A stretch of DNA of 64,000 nucleotides from Herbidospora yilanensis (lineage in GTDB: Bacteria > Actinomycetota > Actinomycetes > Streptosporangiales > Streptosporangiaceae), in contig NZ_BBXE01000013.1 of NCBI RefSeq assembly GCF_001570565.1, positions 264,984 through 328,983 of the forward strand, in the 5' to 3' direction. Shown piece by piece: positions 63,428-64,000 of the stretch; within the stretch, counting starts at the first letter, position 1, and each line of letters opens with the position of its first letter. The position numbers and the translations under genes are program-made. Below the pieces are notes generated by a model. That model saw only the letters and a program-made list of their open reading frames with translations. It was not told where the DNA came from and ran no database searches.

Positions 63428-64000
63428 ATGGCCGACAAGGTGACGATCGCCGACGTGGCGCGCGCTGCCGGTGTATCTCGCCAGACGGTCTCCAACGCGC
63501 TGAACACCCCCGAGGTGGTCCGTGAGGAGACCCGGCGCCGGGTCCTCGACGTCGTCGAGGAGCTCGGCTACCGGGTCAACCAGGCGGCCCGCCAGATGCG
63601 GACCGGCCGGTCCCGGTTGATCGCCGCCCGCATCGACCCCGAGCAGGACGGCATCAACGGCTCGGTCGGCGACCGGTTCCTGCACGGCCTCACCGAGACG
63701 GCCGCCCGCGAGGGCTACCGGGTGCTGCTCTACACCGCCGACGGCGACGACGCCGAGACCGCCGCCTTCGACGACCTGCTCGGCGCGTACGAACCCGACG
63801 CCTTCGTGCTGATGGCCACCCACCACGGCGACCGGCGCACGAGCTGGCTGGCCGAGCGGGGTGTGCCGTTCGTCACCTTCGGCCGGGCGTGGAGCGAGCC
63901 GGACGCCCCCCACTGCTGGGTCGACGTCGACGGCGCCGCCGGCACCGAGGCCGCCACCCGGCACCTGCTCTCCCGGGGCCACCGCCGGATCGGCTTCCTC
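63428..64000 (+). CDS. LacI-family transcriptional regulator; the C-terminus runs off the window
   Basis: Not in the track because it is open-ended. My translation from ATG 63428 reads MADKVTIADVARAAGVSRQTVSNALNTPEVVREETRRRVLDVVEELGYRVNQAARQMRTGRS... (LacI HTH), then the sugar-binding core (YRVLLYTADG, DAFVLMATHH). Confidence 0.85.
   Translation, partial: MADKVTIADVARAAGVSRQTVSNALNTPEVVREETRRRVLDVVEELGYRVNQAARQMRTGRSRLIAARIDPEQDGINGSVGDRFLHGLTETAAREGYRVLLYTADGDDAETAAFDDLLGAYEPDAFVLMATHHGDRRTSWLAERGVPFVTFGRAWSEPDAPHCWVDVDGAAGTEAATRHLLSRGHRRIGFL

Noticed and set aside
1-64000. Mobile elements, prophage, integrases, rRNA/tRNA genes
   Set aside because: No transposase, integrase or phage-like protein motif was seen in any frame. 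I also found no flanking inverted or direct repeats and no recognisable rRNA or tRNA sequence. GC content is uniformly high except in short intergenic promoters.

Overview
High-GC (about 70%+) actinobacterial chromosomal segment. The gene content and the CelR/CebR-type operators suggest a Streptosporangiales- or Streptomyces-like organism, but that is inference only. I can support roughly 57 protein-coding genes, and I saw no rRNA, tRNA, CRISPR array, transposase or integrase. Most long ORFs in the six-frame track are Arg/Gly/Pro/Ala-rich shadow frames of real genes. Real genes were chosen by recognisable motifs, GC3 bias, Shine-Dalgarno (SD) sites and translational coupling (ATGA/GTGA overlaps), and coordinates come from the ORF track plus amino-acid offsets. 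Left to right: an open-ended SARP regulator (missing from the track), a two-component system, a LacI regulator with a perfect CelR/CebR palindrome, a Ser/Thr kinase and mscL. Next come a 1.37 kb non-coding gap with a 28-29 bp tandem repeat, a Tat-exported isomerase with a large secreted PQQ-type dehydrogenase, an XRE/DUF397 pair, an MFS transporter, an acyl-CoA synthetase and a tricorn protease. After that sits an nfeD-flotillin-giant AAA ATPase(-nitronate monooxygenase) operon. The right end holds housekeeping and stress genes (hsp20, NAD kinase, YciI-YciI-ECF sigma, yjcH-actP and others). The stand-out region is 35.8-51.6 kb, a RiPP-type cluster whose substrates are absent from the ORF track. 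These are five tandem 46-51 aa ORFs (45247-46046) with a conserved leader and Cys-free cores built from strict (Ser/Thr)-hydrophobic dipeptide repeats. They are flanked by a split kinase/HopA1-like dehydratase, an LLM-family (LanJ-like) reductase, an ABC exporter, an M16 protease pair, a short LanM-like enzyme and two LuxR-family regulators. My working hypothesis, which is inference only, is a ribosomal route to alternating D/L or poly-dehydro hydrophobic peptides.
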